Below, piece after piece: positions 33,344 through 34,429 of a stretch of 34,429 nucleotides of DNA; position 1 is the first letter of the stretch; each line of letters starts with the position of its first letter. Origin of the DNA: Burkholderiales bacterium (GTDB taxonomy: Bacteria; Actinomycetota; Thermoleophilia; Gaiellales; Gaiellaceae); assembly GCA_025935595.1 (NCBI GenBank), contig JAICUZ010000001.1, positions 1 through 34,429 of the forward strand, in the 5' to 3' direction. Made by a program: the position numbers and the translations under genes. The notes beneath the pieces are model-generated. The model was not told the DNA's origin and made no database searches. It was given only the letters and a program-made list of their open reading frames with translations.

Positions 33344-33850
33344 GTGCCGGTGACGGAGGCGATGCGGGGACCGGTCACACGGCCTCGCTCTCTCGACCCG
33401 ATCGACCGCGGCATCATCGAGGCGCTGCAGGAGAACGGCCGTGCACCGTTCCGCGCGATCGCGGCGCGCGTCGGCGTCGCCGAGGCAACGGTTCGCGCGC
33501 GCTACGCGCGGCTCGTCGACGACGGGATCTTGCTCGTCACCGGCGTGACGAACCCGCTCGGCCTCGGTTTCGAGGCGCAGGCGATGATCGGGATCAAGAC
33601 GTCCGGCAGTCCCGAGCCGGTAGCGGACGAGATCGCAGGCTGGGACGAGGCGAGCTACGTGGTCGTCGCCGCCGGTCGCTTCGACCTCCTCGTCGAGGTC
33701 GTGTGCGACGACCGCCGCCATCTGCTGGAGTTGACGACGCGCCTGCGCGAGGTCGAAGGCGTCGTCTCGACCGAGACCTTTCCCTACCTGAGCCTCGCCA
33801 AGCAGGTGTACGCGTGGGGCACCCACCTCGTGGAGGAGGAGAACGCGTGA
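33344..33850 (+). CDS. Lrp/AsnC-family transcriptional regulator
   Basis: [47 protein letters not shown] is the HTH, followed by an RAM/ASnC_trans_reg domain (AQAMIGIKT...[11 protein letters not shown]...VVSTETF). The start could instead be ATG 33361. Confidence 0.85.
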   Translation: MPVTEAMRGPVTRPRSLDPIDRGIIEALQENGRAPFRAIAARVGVAEATVRARYARLVDDGILLVTGVTNPLGLGFEAQAMIGIKTSGSPEPVADEIAGWDEASYVVVAAGRFDLLVEVVCDDRRHLLELTTRLREVEGVVSTETFPYLSLAKQVYAWGTHLVEEENA

Positions 33851-34429
33851 CCCATGACGTCCGCATCGAAGGCGTCACGAAGCGCTTCCAGGACGTGACG
33901 GCCGTCGATGACCTGACGCTCGACATCGAAGCCGGGAAGTTCTACGCGCTGCTCGGGCCGTCGGGCTGCGGCAAGACGACGACGCTGCGGATGATCGGCG
34001 GCTTCGAGGAGCCGACAGAGGGCACGATCTACCTCGGTGACCGCGCCGTCACGGGCTTGCCGCCGCACAAGCGCGACGTCAACACGGTCTTCCAGAGCTA
34101 CGCGCTCTTCCCGCACCTGACCGTGTTCGAGAACGTCGCCTTCGGCCTGCGCCGCAAGGGCGTGAAGAAGGCCGACGTCGGCAAGCAGGTCGAGGAGATG
34201 CTTCGGATCGTCGGCCTCGCGGGGTACGAGGGCCGCAAGCCGAAGCAGCTCTCGGGCGGCCAGCAGCAGCGCGTCGCGCTGGCGCGCGCGCTCGTCAACC
34301 GTCCGCGCGTCCTGCTGCTCGACGAGCCCCTCGGCGCGCTCGACCTGAAGCTGCGCAATGATAGGCAGCTCGAGCTGAAGCGCATCCAGCACGTGATGGG
34401 ATTCACGTTCGTGCACGTAACGCACGCCC
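33847..34429 (+). CDS. ABC transporter ATP-binding protein, PotA/spermidine-putrescine-import type (3' end outside window)
   Basis: The GTG at 33847 overlaps the lrp stop (GTGA). My translation gives [66 protein letters not shown]..., then [15 protein letters not shown] and [11 protein letters not shown]. It has no stop inside the window, so it is absent from the ORF track. The 213-aa minus-strand ORF here is its antisense shadow. Confidence 0.85.
   Translation, partial: MTHDVRIEGVTKRFQDVTAVDDLTLDIEAGKFYALLGPSGCGKTTTLRMIGGFEEPTEGTIYLGDRAVTGLPPHKRDVNTVFQSYALFPHLTVFENVAFGLRRKGVKKADVGKQVEEMLRIVGLAGYEGRKPKQLSGGQQQRVALARALVNRPRVLLLDEPLGALDLKLRNDRQLELKRIQHVMGFTFVHVTHA

Noticed and set aside
33784-34425. 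A 213-aa minus-strand ORF at the window end.
   Set aside because: The plus strand here encodes textbook ABC ATPase motifs (Walker A, signature, Walker B). It is missing from the track only because it has no stop in the window, and the minus-strand ORF is its antisense shadow.
1-34429. CRISPR arrays, transposases or IS elements, toxin-antitoxin pairs, and known defence-system genes.
   Set aside because: I saw no spaced direct-repeat arrays, no DDE or serine/tyrosine recombinase motifs, and no nuclease/ATPase/helicase defence-type proteins in any frame. The lone short XRE gene has no adjacent toxin-sized partner.

Overview
This is a very GC-rich chromosomal segment, with most 60-nt lines above 70% G+C. 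Its gene content looks like Actinomycetota (Thermoleophilia or Rubrobacteria style), but that cannot be verified here. It is densely packed with about 46 protein genes, many joined by 4-nt start/stop overlaps, plus four tRNA genes. All four tRNAs are tRNA-Ser (anticodons UGA, CGA, GGA, GCU), and the window opens with the 3' end of serS.

Most of the content is ordinary housekeeping or accessory metabolism:
- Signalling and regulation: a CheY-like receiver plus HAMP histidine kinase, an ArsR-MFS-SDR operon, and Lrp followed by a PotA-like ABC ATPase.
- Transport: a CAX antiporter, a DrrA-like ABC-2 exporter, an aquaporin, an EamA transporter and a BMP lipoprotein.
- Enzymes and redox: XdhC, YbaK, flavin reductase, HAD, two MBL-fold proteins, FabF, a membrane cytochrome c, an epimerase, GNAT, an F420/PPOX protein and a PuuB-like FAD oxidase.
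- Repair: a stand-alone ATP-dependent DNA ligase and a stand-alone LigD-type polymerase/primase, with no Ku in the window.

I found no CRISPR array, integrase, transposase or recognisable defence genes.

The candidates for something undescribed are all hypotheses, not demonstrated systems:
1. A DUF1800 / Tat-DUF1501 pair translationally coupled to a type-1-copper cupredoxin.
2. A translationally coupled triple: hypothetical protein, YbaK deacylase, Pol-beta-type nucleotidyltransferase.
3. A lower-GC islet encoding an orphan secreted protein beside the ligase.
4. Several orphan secreted proteins and unusual palindromic DNA elements.

Many long ORFs in the six-frame track are antisense or Arg/Pro-rich artefacts of the high GC content and were rejected.
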